Assembly (NCBI GenBank): GCA_002269645.1
Contig: NIVC01001946.1
Span: forward strand, 124,001-188,000
DNA: 64,000 bases
Direction: 5' to 3'
From: Macrostomum lignano
Lineage: Eukaryota
Below are positions 45,828-60,212 of this stretch, piece by piece. Each line of letters starts with the position of its first letter. Within the stretch, counting starts at the first letter, position 1. The notes under the pieces were generated by a model. It ran no database searches. It worked only from the letters and a program-made list of their open reading frames with translations, and had not been told where the DNA came from. The position numbers were made by a program, and so were the translations under genes.

Positions 45828-48800
45828 TTGACGCTACTGACACCCAATTTGACGCTACTGACACCCAACTTGATGCTACTGACACCCAACTTGACGCTAC
45901 TGACACCCAATTTGACGCTACTGACACCCAACTTGATGCTACTGACACCCAACTTGACGCTACTGACACCCAATTTGACGCTACTGACACCCAACTTGAC
46001 GCTACTGACACCCAATTTGACGCAAGTGACACCCAACTTGATGCTACTGACACCCAACTTGACGCTACTGACACCCAATTTGACGCTACTGACACCCAAC
46101 TTGATGCTACTGACACCCAATTTGACGCAAGTGACACCCAACTTGATGCTACTGACACCCAACTTGACGCTACTGACACCCAATTTGACGCTACTGACAC
46201 CCAACTTGATGCTACTGACACCCAACTTGACGCTACTGACACCCAACTTGACGCTACTGACACCCAACTTGACGCTACTGACACCCAATTTGATGCTACT
46301 GACACCCAACTTGATGCTACTGACACCCAACTTGACGCTACTGACACCCAATTTGATGCTACTGACACCCAATTTGATGCTACTGACACCCAACTTGAAG
46401 CTACTGACACCCAATTTGACGCTACTGACACCCAATTTGACGCTACTGACACCCAACTTGACGCTACTGACACCAAACTCGAAGCTACTGACACCCAAAC
46501 TGGAGCTACTGACACCCAATTTGACGCTACTGACACCCAATTTGATGCTACTGACACCCAACTTGAAGCTACTGACACCCAAACTGGAGCTACTGACACC
46601 CAACTTGACGCTACTGACACCCAATTTGATGCTACTGACACCCAAACTGGAGCTACTGACACCCAACTTGAAGCTACTGACACCCAAACTGGAGCTACTG
46701 ACACCCAATTTGACGCTACTGACACCCAATTTGACGCTACTGACACCCAACTTGAAGCTACTGACACCCAACTTGACGCTACTGACACCCAATTTGATGC
46801 TACTGACACCCAACTTGAAGCTACTGACACCCAAACTGGAGCTACTGACACCCAATTTGACGCTACTGACACCCAATTTGACGCTACTGACACCCAACTT
46901 GATGCTACTGACACCCAACTTGATGCTACTGACACCCAACTTGATGCTACTGACACCCAACTTCATGCTACTGACACCCAACTTGAAGCTACTGACACCC
47001 AAACTGGAGCTACTGACACCATATTTGACGCTACTGACACCCAATTTGACGCTACTGACACCCAACTTGAAGCTACTGACACCCAAACTGGAGCTACTGA
47101 CACCCAACTTGACGCTACTGACACCCAATTTGATGCTACTGACACCCAATTTGATGCTACTGACACCCAACTTGATGCTACTGACACCCAACTTGATGCT
47201 ACTGACACCCAACTTGATGCTACTGACACCCAACTTGATGCTACTGACACCCAATTTGACGCTACTGACACCCAATTTGACGCTACTGACACCCAACTTG
47301 ATGCTACTGACACCCAACTTGATGCTACTGACACCCAAAATTGATGCTACTGACACCCAAAATTGATGCTACTGACACCCAACTTGATGCTACTGACACC
47401 CAACTTGATGCTACTGACACCCAATTTGACGCTACTGACACCCAATTTGACGCTACTGACACCCAACTTGAAGCTACTGACACCCAAACTGGAGCTACTG
47501 ACACCCAACTTGATGCTACTGACACCCAACTTGACGCTACTGACACCCAATTTGACGCTACTGACACCCAACTTGATGCTACTGACACCCAACTTGATGC
47601 TACTGACACCCAAACTGGAGCTACTGACACCCAACTTGACGCTACTGACACCCAATTTGACGCTACTGACACCCAACTTGAAGCTACTGACACCCAATTT
47701 GATGCTACTGACACCCAATTTGATGCTACTGACACCCAATTTGATGCTACTGACACCCAACTTGAAGCTACTGACACCCAATTTGACGCTACTAACACCC
47801 AATTTGACGCTACTGACACCCAACTTGAAGCTACTGACACCCAAACTGGAGCTACTGACACCCAATTTGATGCTACTGACACCCAATTTGATGCTACTGA
47901 CACCCAACTTGAAGCTACTGACACCCAACTTGACGCTACTGACACCCAATTTGACGCTACTGACACCCAACTTGAAGCTACTGACACCCAAACTGGAGCT
48001 ACTGACACCCAATTTGATGCTACTGACACCCAATTTGATGCTACTGACACCCAACTTGAAGCTACTGACACCCAACTTGACGCTACTGACACCCAATTTG
48101 ACGCTACTGACACCCAACTTGAAGCTACTGACACCCAAACTGGAGCTACTGACACCCAATTTGACGCTACTGACACCCAATTTGACGCTACTGACACCCA
48201 ACTTGATGCTACTGACACCCAACTTGACGCTACTGACACCCAATTTGATGCTACTGACACCCAACTTGAAGCTACTGACACCCAACTTGATGCTACTGAC
48301 ACCCAAACTGGAGCTACTGACACCCAATTTGACGCTACTGACACCCAATTTGACGCTACTGACACCCAACTTGATGCTACTGACACCCAACTTGATGCTA
48401 CTGACACCCAACTTGATGCTACTGACACCCAACTTGATGCTACTGACACCCAACTTGAAGCTACTGACACCCAAACTGGAGCTACTGACACCCAATTTGA
48501 CGCTACTGACACCCAATTTGATGCTACTGACACCCAATTTGACGCTACTGACACCCAACTTGAAGCTACTGACACCCAAACTGGAGCTACTGACACCCAA
48601 CTTGACGCTACTGACACCCAATTTGATGCTACTGACACCCAATTTGATGCTACTGACACCCAACTTGATGCTACTGACACCCAACTTGATGCTACTGACA
48701 CCCAACTTGATGCTACTGACACCCAACTTGATGCTACTGACACCCAACTTGACGCTACTGACACCCAATTTGACGCTACTGACACCCAACTTGATGCTAC

Positions 48801-51800
48801 TGACACCCAACTTGATGCTACTGACACCCAAAATTGATGCTACTGACACCCAAAATTGATGCTACTGACACCCAACTTGATGCTACTGACACCCAACTTG
48901 ATGCTACTGACACCCAATTTGACGCTACTGACACCCAATTTGACGCTACTGACACCCAACTTGAAGCTACTGACACCCAAACTGGAGCTACTGACACCCA
49001 ACTTGATGCTACTGACACCCAACTTGATGCTACTGACACCCAACTTGACGCTACTGACACCCAATTTGACGCTACTGACACCCAACTTGATGCTACTGAC
49101 ACCCAACTTGATGCTACTGACACCCAAAATTGATGCTACTGACACCCAAAATTGATGCTACTGACACCCAACTTGATGCTACTGACACCCAAACTGAAGT
49201 TGCTGACACCCAAACTGAAGTTGCTGACACCCAAACTGAATTTGCTGACACTTGAACTGGAGCTACTGACACCCAAACTGGAGCTACTGACACCCAAACT
49301 GGAGCTACTGACACCCAACTTGATGCTACTGACACCCAACTTGATGCTACTGACACCCAACTTGACGCTACTGACACCCAATTTGACGCTACTGACACCC
49401 AACTTGATGCTACTGACACCCAACTTGATGCTACTGACACCCAAAATTGATGCTACTGACACCCAAAATTGATGCTACTGACACCCAAAATTGATGCTAC
49501 TGACACCCAAAATTGATGCTACTGACACCCAACTTGATGCTACTGACACCCAAACTGAAGTTGCTGACACTTGAACTGGAGCTACTGACACCCAAACTGG
49601 AGCTACTGACACCCAAACTGGAGCTACTGACACCCAACTTGACGCTACTGACACCCAATTTGATGCTACTGACACCCAATTTGATGCTACTGACACCCAA
49701 CTTGATGCTACTGACACCCAACTTGATGCTACTGACACCCAACTTGATGCTACTGACACCCAAAATTGATGCTACTGACACCCAAAATTGATGCTACTGA
49801 CACCCAACTTGATGCTACTGACACCCAAACTGAAGTTGCTGACACCCAAACTGAAGTTGCTGACACCCAAACTGAAGTTGCTGACACTTGAACTGGAGCT
49901 ACTGACACCCAAACTGGAGCTACTGACACCCAAACTGGAGCTACTGACACCCAAACTGGAGCTACTGACACCCAAACTGAAGTTGCTGACACCCAAACTG
50001 AAGTTGCTGACACCCAAACTGAAGTTGCTGACACTTGAACTGGAGCTACTGACACCCAAACTGGAGCTACTGACACCCAATTTGATGCTACTGACACCCA
50101 ATTTGATGCTACTGACACCCAACTTGAAGCTACTGACACCCAACTTGACGCTACTGACACCCAATTTGACGCTACTGACACCCAACTTGAAGCTACTGAC
50201 ACCCAAACTGGAGCTACTGACACCCAATTTGACGCTACTGACACCCAATTTGACGCTACTGACACCCAACTTGATGCTACTGACACCCAACTTGACGCTA
50301 CTGACACCCAATTTGATGCTACTGACACCCAACTTGAAGCTACTGACACCCAACTTGAAGCTACTGACACCCAAACTGGAGCTACTGACACCCAATTTGA
50401 CGCTACTGACACCCAATTTGACGCTACTGACACCCAACTTGATGCTACTGACACCCAACTTGATGCTACTGACACCCAACTTGATGCTACTGACACCCAA
50501 CTTGATGCTACTGACACCCAACTTGAAGCTACTGACACCCAAACTGGAGCTACTGACACCCAATTTGACGCTACTGACACCCAATTTGATGCTACTGACA
50601 CCCAATTTGACGCTACTGACACCCAACTTGAAGCTACTGACACCCAAACTGGAGCTACTGACACCCAACTTGACGCTACTGACACCCAATTTGATGCTAC
50701 TGACACCCAATTTGATGCTACTGACACCCAACTTGATGCTACTGACACCCAACTTGATGCTACTGACACCCAACTTGATGCTACTGACACCCAACTTGAT
50801 GCTACTGACACCCAACTTGACGCTACTGACACCCAATTTGACGCTACTGACACCCAACTTGATGCTACTGACACCCAACTTGATGCTACTGACACCCAAA
50901 ATTGATGCTACTGACACCCAAAATTGATGCTACTGACACCCAACTTGATGCTACTGACACCCAACTTGATGCTACTGACACCCAATTTGACGCTACTGAC
51001 ACCCAATTTGACGCTACTGACACCCAACTTGAAGCTACTGACACCCAAACTGGAGCTACTGACACCCAACTTGATGCTACTGACACCCAACTTGATGCTA
51101 CTGACACCCAACTTGACGCTACTGACACCCAATTTGACGCTACTGACACCCAACTTGATGCTACTGACACCCAACTTGATGCTACTGACACCCAAAATTG
51201 ATGCTACTGACACCCAAAATTGATGCTACTGACACCCAACTTGATGCTACTGACACCCAAACTGAAGTTGCTGACACCCAAACTGAAGTTGCTGACACCC
51301 AAACTGAATTTGCTGACACTTGAACTGGAGCTACTGACACCCAAACTGGAGCTACTGACACCCAAACTGGAGCTACTGACACCCAACTTGATGCTACTGA
51401 CACCCAACTTGATGCTACTGACACCCAACTTGACGCTACTGACACCCAATTTGACGCTACTGACACCCAACTTGATGCTACTGACACCCAACTTGATGCT
51501 ACTGACACCCAAAATTGATGCTACTGACACCCAAAATTGATGCTACTGACACCCAAAATTGATGCTACTGACACCCAAAATTGATGCTACTGACACCCAA
51601 CTTGATGCTACTGACACCCAAACTGAAGTTGCTGACACTTGAACTGGAGCTACTGACACCCAAACTGGAGCTACTGACACCCAAACTGGAGCTACTGACA
51701 CCCAACTTGACGCTACTGACACCCAATTTGATGCTACTGACACCCAATTTGATGCTACTGACACCCAACTTGATGCTACTGACACCCAACTTGATGCTAC

Positions 51801-52490
51801 TGACACCCAACTTGATGCTACTGACACCCAAAATTGATGCTACTGACACCCAAAATTGATGCTACTGACACCCAACTTGATGCTACTGACACCCAAACTG
51901 AAGTTGCTGACACCCAAACTGAAGTTGCTGACACCCAAACTGAAGTTGCTGACACTTGAACTGGAGCTACTGACACCCAAACTGGAGCTACTGACACCCA
52001 AACTGGAGCTACTGACACCCAAACTGGAGCTACTGACACCCAAACTGAAGTTGCTGACACCCAAACTGAAGTTGCTGACACCCAAACTGAAGTTGCTGAC
52101 ACTTGAACTGGAGCTACTGACACCCAAACTGGAGCTACTGACACCCAAACTGGAGCTACTGACACCCAAACTGGAGCTACTGACACCCAAACTGGAGCTA
52201 CTGACACCCAAACTGGAGCTACTGACACCCAAACTGGAGCTACTGACACCCAAACTGGAGCTACTGACACCCAAACTGGAGCTACTGACACCCAAACTGG
52301 AGCTACTGACACCCAAACTGGAGCTACTGACACCCAAACTGGAGCTACTGACACCCAAACTGGAGCTACTGACACCCAAACTGGAGCTACTGACACCCAA
52401 ACTGGAGCTACTGACACCCAAACTGGAGCTACTGACACCCAAACTGAAGCTACTGACACCCAAACTGAAGCTACTGACCCCCAACTTGAC
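45828..52490. repeat. 6.7-kb 21-bp satellite GCTACTGACACCCAA(C/T)TTGA(T/C/A) with variant units and higher-order structure
   Basis: Roughly 315 units; track ORFs recur at an exact 2068-bp offset. Confidence 0.95.
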
Positions 52491-53059
52491 GCCACAGAAC
52501 CCAGAGTAACACATCTGTGGTCAATCAACACACACAGTAACATTCGCTGTCATTTCAATTAAAACAAGGAAAATAAATATTATCGAACGAATCATTCGTT
52601 TTGCATCGTCACGCGCAGATCCTTTTTCTTCTCGCCATGAAAGTCGATATGGCGCCGAACTTGCCACTGGCTCGGAGAAGAAAATTATTAATTCAGCATT
52701 TGTCTTGTCTCCCTTCTGTGACGCACGCAATTCTAGTCAACAGTGTTGAATTACCTTGAATCCTTCAGCAACCCTGATGCACCTGGTTCACATTTGCAAT
52801 GCAGAATTAACGACTGAAAACAACTCAAGAACATTTTATCACTGACTATCCCCCCTCCTTTATTCTCTTTTGCCCTGCCTCGCTTTGACTTGCATGACAA
52901 ATTGGCTAGCAAGGATATAAGATTGCTTGCTTTCTTGAAGAAATTCTATTCTGCATTTTGGCCTTTGTTCTTGTCTTGATTACTTTGTTTATGGCTATTA
53001 GCCAATCTTGATAGGAAGAGTCAAAGGTTGATGGAAAAGGATTAGTGTTAATCCTGACA

Positions 53060-53202
53060 GTAATCTGCTCTCAATTCTAGTTCCTTCCCTCTCCCTTCTA
53101 CTTCTTTCCTAATCTCTATCTCCCCTCTACTTCTCACCCTCTATCATTTCTACTTCTCTCCTGCCATCTTCTCCTTTCTACTTCTCTCCCTCTCTCCTCT
53201 TT

Positions 53203-53277
<75 letters not shown>

Positions 53278-53530
53278 TCTCTCTCTCTCTCTCTATCTCG
53301 CTTCTTTCTACTTTTTTTCTATTCCTTATCTCCCTGTACTTCTATCCATCTGTCCTCTCTACTTCTCTTCCTCTCTCCCACTCCCCTCTCTACTTTCAAT
53401 GCCATCTCTCATCTCTACTTCTCTCCCCCTCTTCTGTCCAATTCTCTCCCTTTCTCTTCTCTACTTCTCCTCTCTCCCTTCTACTTCATTCCCTCTCTCC
53501 CTCTCCCCTCTGTACTTCTCTATCTGCGAG
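53060..53530. repeat. Polypyrimidine tract with (CT)n core at about 53205-53290
   Basis: Direct inspection. Confidence 0.85.
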
Positions 53531-54199
53531 TGCACATATTTTGCATCTACTCGTTATTTCCCCCCATGTACTTCTCTTCAATTTCTTTCCATCTCTGCCC
53601 CTCATGGACTAAGCTTCAATTTTATAAAATCCAGTTTTTATCCCCCCCCAAATCTGTCCACTTTGTTTCAAACAATTTTCCTCATAGAAGCCATTATTAA
53701 AATGTCAGTCCTTTCTTTACAACCACAATGGGAAGTCATACGAACCTTGCCTTCTCATCAACTATTTATCGAATCTATACAAGAAACTTTCAATCCGAAC
53801 ATAATAGCATGCGCGAACTTTTATGAGAAAAAAAGACTTGAAGTGAAAAAGGGAGAGCGCAGAGAGGACTGAGGAAACTCGCTCTCGCTTAGAAAGAAAG
53901 AAACACGCAGTGTCTCAAAGAAAAAAATCAACACGTAAAAATCAATGACTCCCCACTCAGCTGCCTTCGCTGAATTTATTTTATTGATCTCCAACTAACC
54001 CAGCTGAACTTGCCTCGTTCCTATCCGCCAGGTTAGCAAGGTCGGAATAATACCGTATGTAGAGAGAAAAGTATCATAAAAGTGGCTTCTTGAAGCTTCT
54101 TGGATATTTAAAAAAATTGAATATCAGTTTAAACCCATTGAAGTCGGGAGATAAATTGTTTTGTCGGAGAATAAGTACATCCAGGGTGAGTTAAGTGGG

Positions 54200-54762
54200 G
54201 TGTTGTGGATTGGTTTGATCGGAGTCTATGTACACTGAGGGGTGAGTGAAGTTGGGGGTTGGGCTGGTTTGAGCGGAGTCTATGTACACTGAGGGGTGAG
54301 TGAAGTTGGGGGTTGGGCTGGTTTGAGCGGAGTCTATGTACACTGAGGGGTGAGTGAAGTTGGGGGTTGGGCTGGTTTGAGCGGAGTCTATGTACACTGA
54401 GATGTGAGTGAAGTTGGGGGTTGGGCTGGTTTGATCGGAGTCTATGTACACTGAGGGGTGAGTGAAGTTGGGGGTTGGGCTGGTTTGATCGGAGTCTATG
54501 TACACTGAGGGGTGAGTGAAGTTAGGGGTTGGGCTGGTTTGAGCGGAGTCTATGTACACTGAGATGTGAGTGAAGTTGGGGGTTGGGCTGGTTTGATCGG
54601 AGTCTATGTACACTGAGGGGTGAGTGAAGTTGGGGGTTGGGCTGGTTTGATCGGAGTCTATGTACACTGAGGGGTGAGTGAAGTTAGGGGTTGGGCTGGT
54701 TTGATCGGAGTCTATGTACACTGAGGGGTGAGTGAAGTGGGGGTTGGGCTGGTTTGATCGGA
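54200..54762. repeat. 54-bp minisatellite GGTTTGATCGGAGTCTATGTACACTGAGGGGTGAGTGAAGTTGGGGGTTGGGCT
   Basis: About 10 copies. Confidence 0.92.
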
Positions 54763-55711
54763 AATATTTGTCTGCAAAGATATTAGCAAATTAACCATAG
54801 CTAGCTTTAACAAAACTCTATACGGCATAATAAAAAATTAATGTCAGAAGTAAGGGACATGCTGTCAAATCTGCAAAACTAGTGGGCAAAGTTTTTATGG
54901 ATTTTTTAAATCTCAAGAGAGAGGGCTAGAGTTTTAATATCCTAGCTCGTAAAAAAACCCTGACACTTTATGATGCCTTGTAATACTCATAGCAGATCTC
55001 ACTTCTCACTTTCTCAACATGAGATTATGTTTCTAAGGCCAAAGATTCACTCTTTAGAGGGTAGACACAAGAATGGACTCACCAAAGAGTGACAATGTAA
55101 TCCGTTAAAACCGTAATAATAATTAACTCTATCAGCAAAGTGCTGCCTGCTGCTGATGTGCGTGGTGACTCGTTGATTGTTTATTTTTTTGCTGTCAAAA
55201 GTGACTGAAAAAGGGTAACAAAATTAGTATTTAAAACTTTTGTTTACCTAGAGTCCACCTAGTTGTATCTTACTTTTCTCTAATAATTTACTTTTCAGGT
55301 ACATAAAAGTGCAACAAGACGACACGTGCTCGATTTTTTACTCCTTGCTCAACTTAGCTAGCTGAAGTTCTTTCCACAAGCAGTCCGCGTGAACAGTCCA
55401 TAGCATTGTTAATTGGCAGAATGACTCAAGGAGGACTCCTGGTCACGATAGTGAAACAGGAAACTAAGCTAAGTAGTTAGAGAAGTCGAAGATGAGTCAA
55501 GCTAGCCAATTTAAAGACGCGTCCGCAACCGCAGCACAGATGGCCTAATTAAGCTGAGATAAGCAGCTGACTTGGCTTGGACAAAAAATGTTTCTATTTA
55601 CCCTCGTAAAAAATTACAGTTTCGCTGTTTACCTACATGTCCTTGGCAACAAAGCGGCTAGGGCTAAATTTGAAAATATTTATAGATTTTACTTTCTTTT
55701 TCTCAAAAAAT

Positions 55712-56020
55712 GTCTCATCTCTTGCTCTCCCTGTCTCATCATCTCTTGCTCTCCCTGTCTCATCATCTCTTGCTCTCCCTGTCTCATCATCTCTTGCTCT
55801 CCCTGTCTCATCATCTCTTGCTCTCCCTGTCTCATCATCTCTTGCTCTCCCCATTTCATCATCTCTTGCTCTCCCTGTCTCATCATCTCTTGCTCTCCCT
55901 GTCTCATCATCTCTTGCTCTCCCCATTTCATCATCTCTTGCTCTCCCTGTCTCATCATCTCTTGCTCTCCCCATCTCATCATCTCTTGCTCTTCCCATCT
56001 CATCATCTCTTGCTCTCCCT
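55712..56020. repeat. 24-bp minisatellite TCATCATCTCTTGCTCTCCCTGTC
   Basis: About 13 copies. Confidence 0.92.
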
Positions 56021-57284
56021 CATCATATCCTTTTAAACTCTGTCCCTTTCCTGTATGAAACTGTGTCCTCTCCTGTCCTTCATCAGTTTTATTACTCTTA
56101 GCTGATGTGAAAATCTTCTCATCTTCTCATAGGAAAACTCAATAACTGGCACCCAACGACGAGAGAAAGAGAGATGTTGAGTCAACAGGATCTCGTGTTC
56201 CCATCTTCCCAACTCATTTAACCCTCTGCAGACTGGGTTCAGTTGGTTCCATCACTTTCGCCAGCTCAGCAGCCTATATAAACGGTCTGTTTGCTCAAGT
56301 CACACACGAGCTCAGTGCCCTTCTATTCCACCAAACTGGGCTCCAGGGCCTGCAGGACTCAAAGCCAATCCATCCGTATGGCTAATCTCAAACAATGTTT
56401 TATCATTCTACGAGCGTAGGTTTACACTTTAAAGGGGCCATGGAACTCTAATAAAATTTATCGGATCTGGAGTTCTTAGATTCTTATATCAAGCTGGGAT
56501 TTTGCTGACTTTAGGTCCCCTTGACTTTGGGATCCCTTTAACTTCGGGATCTTTTTGACTTTGGGATCCTTTGACATCGAGATCTCTTTGATTTTGGAAC
56601 CTTTTTGTCGTTAGGAACTTTTCGAATTTCGGGATCTTTTTGACTTTGGGATTTTCGAATTTGTTTTAGTCTGAATTTGGGATCAGAGTTTTTCATAGTT
56701 CGATTTTTTAATCTTTCTCCAACTTTGGGATCTTTAGGTTTCGGATGGTTGGGATTTAAATTTATGGTCGAAGATCCGAAAAAAGCCCAAATTAGAGCAA
56801 ATTACAAACCTGATTGCAAGCTTTATTCCTCCTGAAATCTATATTATTGTGGATCTCCTTGCAATAAGAGGTCTCTTCTTTGCTTTAACTTCCCATCAAT
56901 CTATTAATCCTTAGGTCAGACAGAGTCAAGTATTTGTCCAATCAGACAGAGTGCAGCTAAATGAGAGAATTAGCAAGGATACTACCGGCGTACAGTCAAA
57001 CATCACGCGACCAACTAGCCACTATTTAATCAGCTGATAAACAGAAAGACAAAATAAGAAAATCTGTTGCGCCCCAATCTACCTATAGTGCCTTTAACAG
57101 CTTTTCTTAGCTAATGACGCAAAAACACTAATTAGGCCAAAAGCTAGCAAAACAGGCAGGTGCAAAATTTTGCTGACGGGAATAAACAGTCGAAATTTTA
57201 TCCCTTTCCCTGTTTTTTTCTCTTCCCAAGTGCATCCGGTGGATAAACACAAATCCCATTTAAATGGGGATTGCCACTACAGGG

Positions 57285-59188
57285 AGATTCTCTATAGGAA
57301 GATGGGAGGCGATTCTCTATGGGGAGATGGGAGGGGCGATTCTCTATGGGGAGATGGGAGGGGCGATTCTCTATGGGGAGATGGGAGGGGCGATTCTCTA
57401 TGGGGAGATGGGAGCGGCGATTTTTTATGGGGAGATGGGAGGGGCGATTCTCTATGGGGAGATGGGAGGGGCGATTCTCTATGGGAAGATGGGAGGGGCG
57501 ATTCTCTATGGGAAGATGGGAGCGGCGATTCTTTATGGGGAGATGGGAGGGGCGATTCTCTATGGGAAGATGGGAGGGGCGATTCTCTATGGGAAGATGG
57601 GGGGCGATTCTCTATGGGGAGATGGGAGCGGCGATTCTCTATGGGAAGATGGGGGGCGATTCTCTATGGGGAGATGGGAGGGGCGATTCTTTATGGGGAG
57701 ATGGGAGGGGCGATTCTCTATGGGGAGATGGGAGGGGCGATTCTCTATGGGGAGATGGGAGGGGCGATTCTCTATGGGGAGATGGGAGGGGCGATTCTCT
57801 ATGGGGAGATGGGAGGGGCGATTCTCTATGGGGAGATGGGAGGGGCGATTCTCTATGGGAAGATGGGAGCGGCGATTCTTTATGGGGAGATGGGAGGGGC
57901 GATTCTTTATGGGAAGATGGGAGGGGCGATTCTTTATGGGGAGATGGGAGCGGCGATTTTTTATGGGGAGCTGGGAGAGGCGATTCTTTATGGGGAGATG
58001 GGAGCGGCGATTCTTTATGGGGAGATGGGAGGGGCGATTCTTTATGGGGAGATGGGAGGGGCGATTCTCTATGGGGAGATGGGAGAGGCGATTCTTTATG
58101 CGGAGATGGGAGCGGCGATTCTTTATGGGGAGATGGGAGGGGCGATTCTTTATGGGGAGATGGGAGGGGCGATTCTCTATGGGGAGATGGGAGGGGCGAT
58201 TCTCTATGGGAAGATGGGAGGGGCGATTCTCTATGGGAAGATGGGAGCGGCGATTCTTTATGGGGAGATGGGAGGGGCGATTCTCTATGGGAAGATGGGA
58301 GGGGCGATTCTCTATGGGAAGATGGGAGCGGCGATTCTCTATGGGAAGATGGGGGGCGATTCTCTATGGGGAGATGGGAGGGGCGATTCTTTATGGGGAG
58401 ATGGGAGGGGCGATTCTTTATGGGGAGATGGGAGGGCGATTCTCTATGGGAAGATGGGAGGGGCGATTCTTTATGCGGAGATGGGAGGGGTGATTCTTTA
58501 TGGGGAGATGGGAGGGGCGATTCTTTATGGGGAGATGGGAGAGGCGATTCTTTATGGGGAGATGGGAGGGGCAATTCTCTATGGGGAGATGGGAGCGGCG
58601 ATTCTTTATGGGGAGATGGGAGGGGCGATTCTTTATGGGGAGATGGGAGCGGCGATTCTTTATGCGGAGATGGGAGCGGCGATTCTTTATGCGGAGATGG
58701 GAGGGGCGATTCTTTATGGGGAGATGGGAGCGGCGATTCTTTATGGGGAGATGGGAGCGGCGATTCTTTATGCGGAGATGGGAGCGGCAATTTTTTATGC
58801 GGAGATGGGAGCGGCGATTCTTTATGCGGAGATGGGAGGGGCGATTCTTTATGGGGAGATGGGAGCGGCGATTCTTTATGGGGAGATGGGAGCGGCGATT
58901 CTTTATGCGGAGATGGGAGCGGCGATTCTTTATGGGGAGATGGGAGCGGCGATTCTTTATGCGGAGATGGGAGCGGCGATTCTTTATGCGGAGATGGGAG
59001 CGGCGATTCTTTATGCGGAGATGGGAGCGGCGATTCTCTATGGGGAGATGGGAGCGGCGATTCTCTATGGGGAGATGGGAGCGGCGATTCTTTATGGGGA
59101 GATGGGAGCGGCGATTCTTTATGGGGAGATGGGAGCGGCGATTCTTTATGGGGAGATGGGAGCGGCGATTCTTTATGGGGAGATGGGG
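57285..59188. repeat. 27-bp minisatellite GGCGATTCTYTATGGGGAGATGGGAG(G/C), resuming at 60212-60445
   Basis: Direct inspection. Confidence 0.93.
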
Positions 59189-59189
59189 T

Positions 59190-60212
59190 CTACGACGTTT
59201 GCCTGCCGGACGTCTGCCAGCCGACGTTTGCCAGCCGATGTTTGCCAGCCGACGTTTGCCAGCCGACGTTTGCCAGCCGACGTTTGCCAGCCGACGTTTG
59301 CCAGCCGATGTTTGCTAGCCGACGTTTGCCAGCCGACGTTTGCCAGCCGACGTTTGCCAGCCGACGTTTGCCAGCCGGACATTTGCAGACGGCAATTGGT
59401 TAAAGAAGTATGCCCTCTCTAGACTTACATGTACTTGCATTTGAAAGCTGTGGACACAGCACTAATCTAATTCCACCTCGCTCCCTACTACTGCTATTAA
59501 ATATACAGGTTACTAACAAACTACTGTTCAGGCTTATTCAAGTTATTGCTCTTGTCTGCCTAAATACAAAAATACAAAATAGGAGTTTCCATCGTCACAG
59601 TTGATGTCTATGCATGCCATGAAATGGCCCTTTCCATCTCAGTGGCCAAACAAGCTAAGCGTTTACAAGCTAAATGGGAAAAGACTGAGACATCCATAAT
59701 GGTATTGGCCTAGTCTCGCCTATATATACTTAACTCAAAAGCCAAACTCTGCTTAACGGAGTTGGGCCATGACAGCGTGCACTTGACAAGCTGCATTGGA
59801 ATTAATTCGCTTACTTTTGGATCTCCCAATGAACTGGGAAATATACAAGCCAGAATTATCGTTCAGCAGGTCTTTTAATTGTCCAAAACTTGACTCGCTG
59901 GAGATTCCCGTTTAAATTTGCGTCTTCATTCGCAAATCAAAAATCAAACTTCTCAAACTAGGAAAAGCGATACAAAACTGTCAGAAGTAAACTTTATGAT
60001 ATTTTCACATTCAAAGAAATTGTTGTTAAACTGGATGCTAGATTGATGAACTGCATAATTTGGATAGATTTTGTTTTCCAACTTTTATACATGCGAATAA
60101 CCGTCAAAAATTTGGACTAAAAAACCGCTAAACTGCGAATATTTCAGTATCAATTTTTTCACTCACTGACCTAATGTTGGCTGGAAAACGTCGGCTGGCA
60201 AACGTCCCGTAG
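59190..60212. mobile_element. Non-coding inverted-repeat element (MITE/foldback-like) inserted in the 27-bp minisatellite
   Basis: Left end CTACGACGTTTGCC followed by about 13 copies of CCGACGTTTGCCAG. Right end has the same unit reversed (CTGGCAAACGTC) ending GGCAAACGTCCCGTAG. The 27-bp array resumes on both sides. No clear TSD. Confidence 0.55.

Noticed and set aside
45682-52543. Many 100-520 aa ORFs on both strands (SVASSWV, GVSSIKL, LLTPNLM)
   Set aside because: Products of the 21-bp satellite. Only the DATDTQ frame is kept, as a weak hypothesis.
52500-57280. Possible micro-exons in unique islands between arrays (for example 52754-52781 on the minus strand)
   Set aside because: AG...GT pairs occur by chance, and I could not assemble a coherent frame without RNA data.
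57170-59422. ORFs of 270-750 aa in several frames (GDSLWGDGR and similar)
   Set aside because: A 27-bp unit keeps frames open trivially; there are no domains or supporting splice structure.
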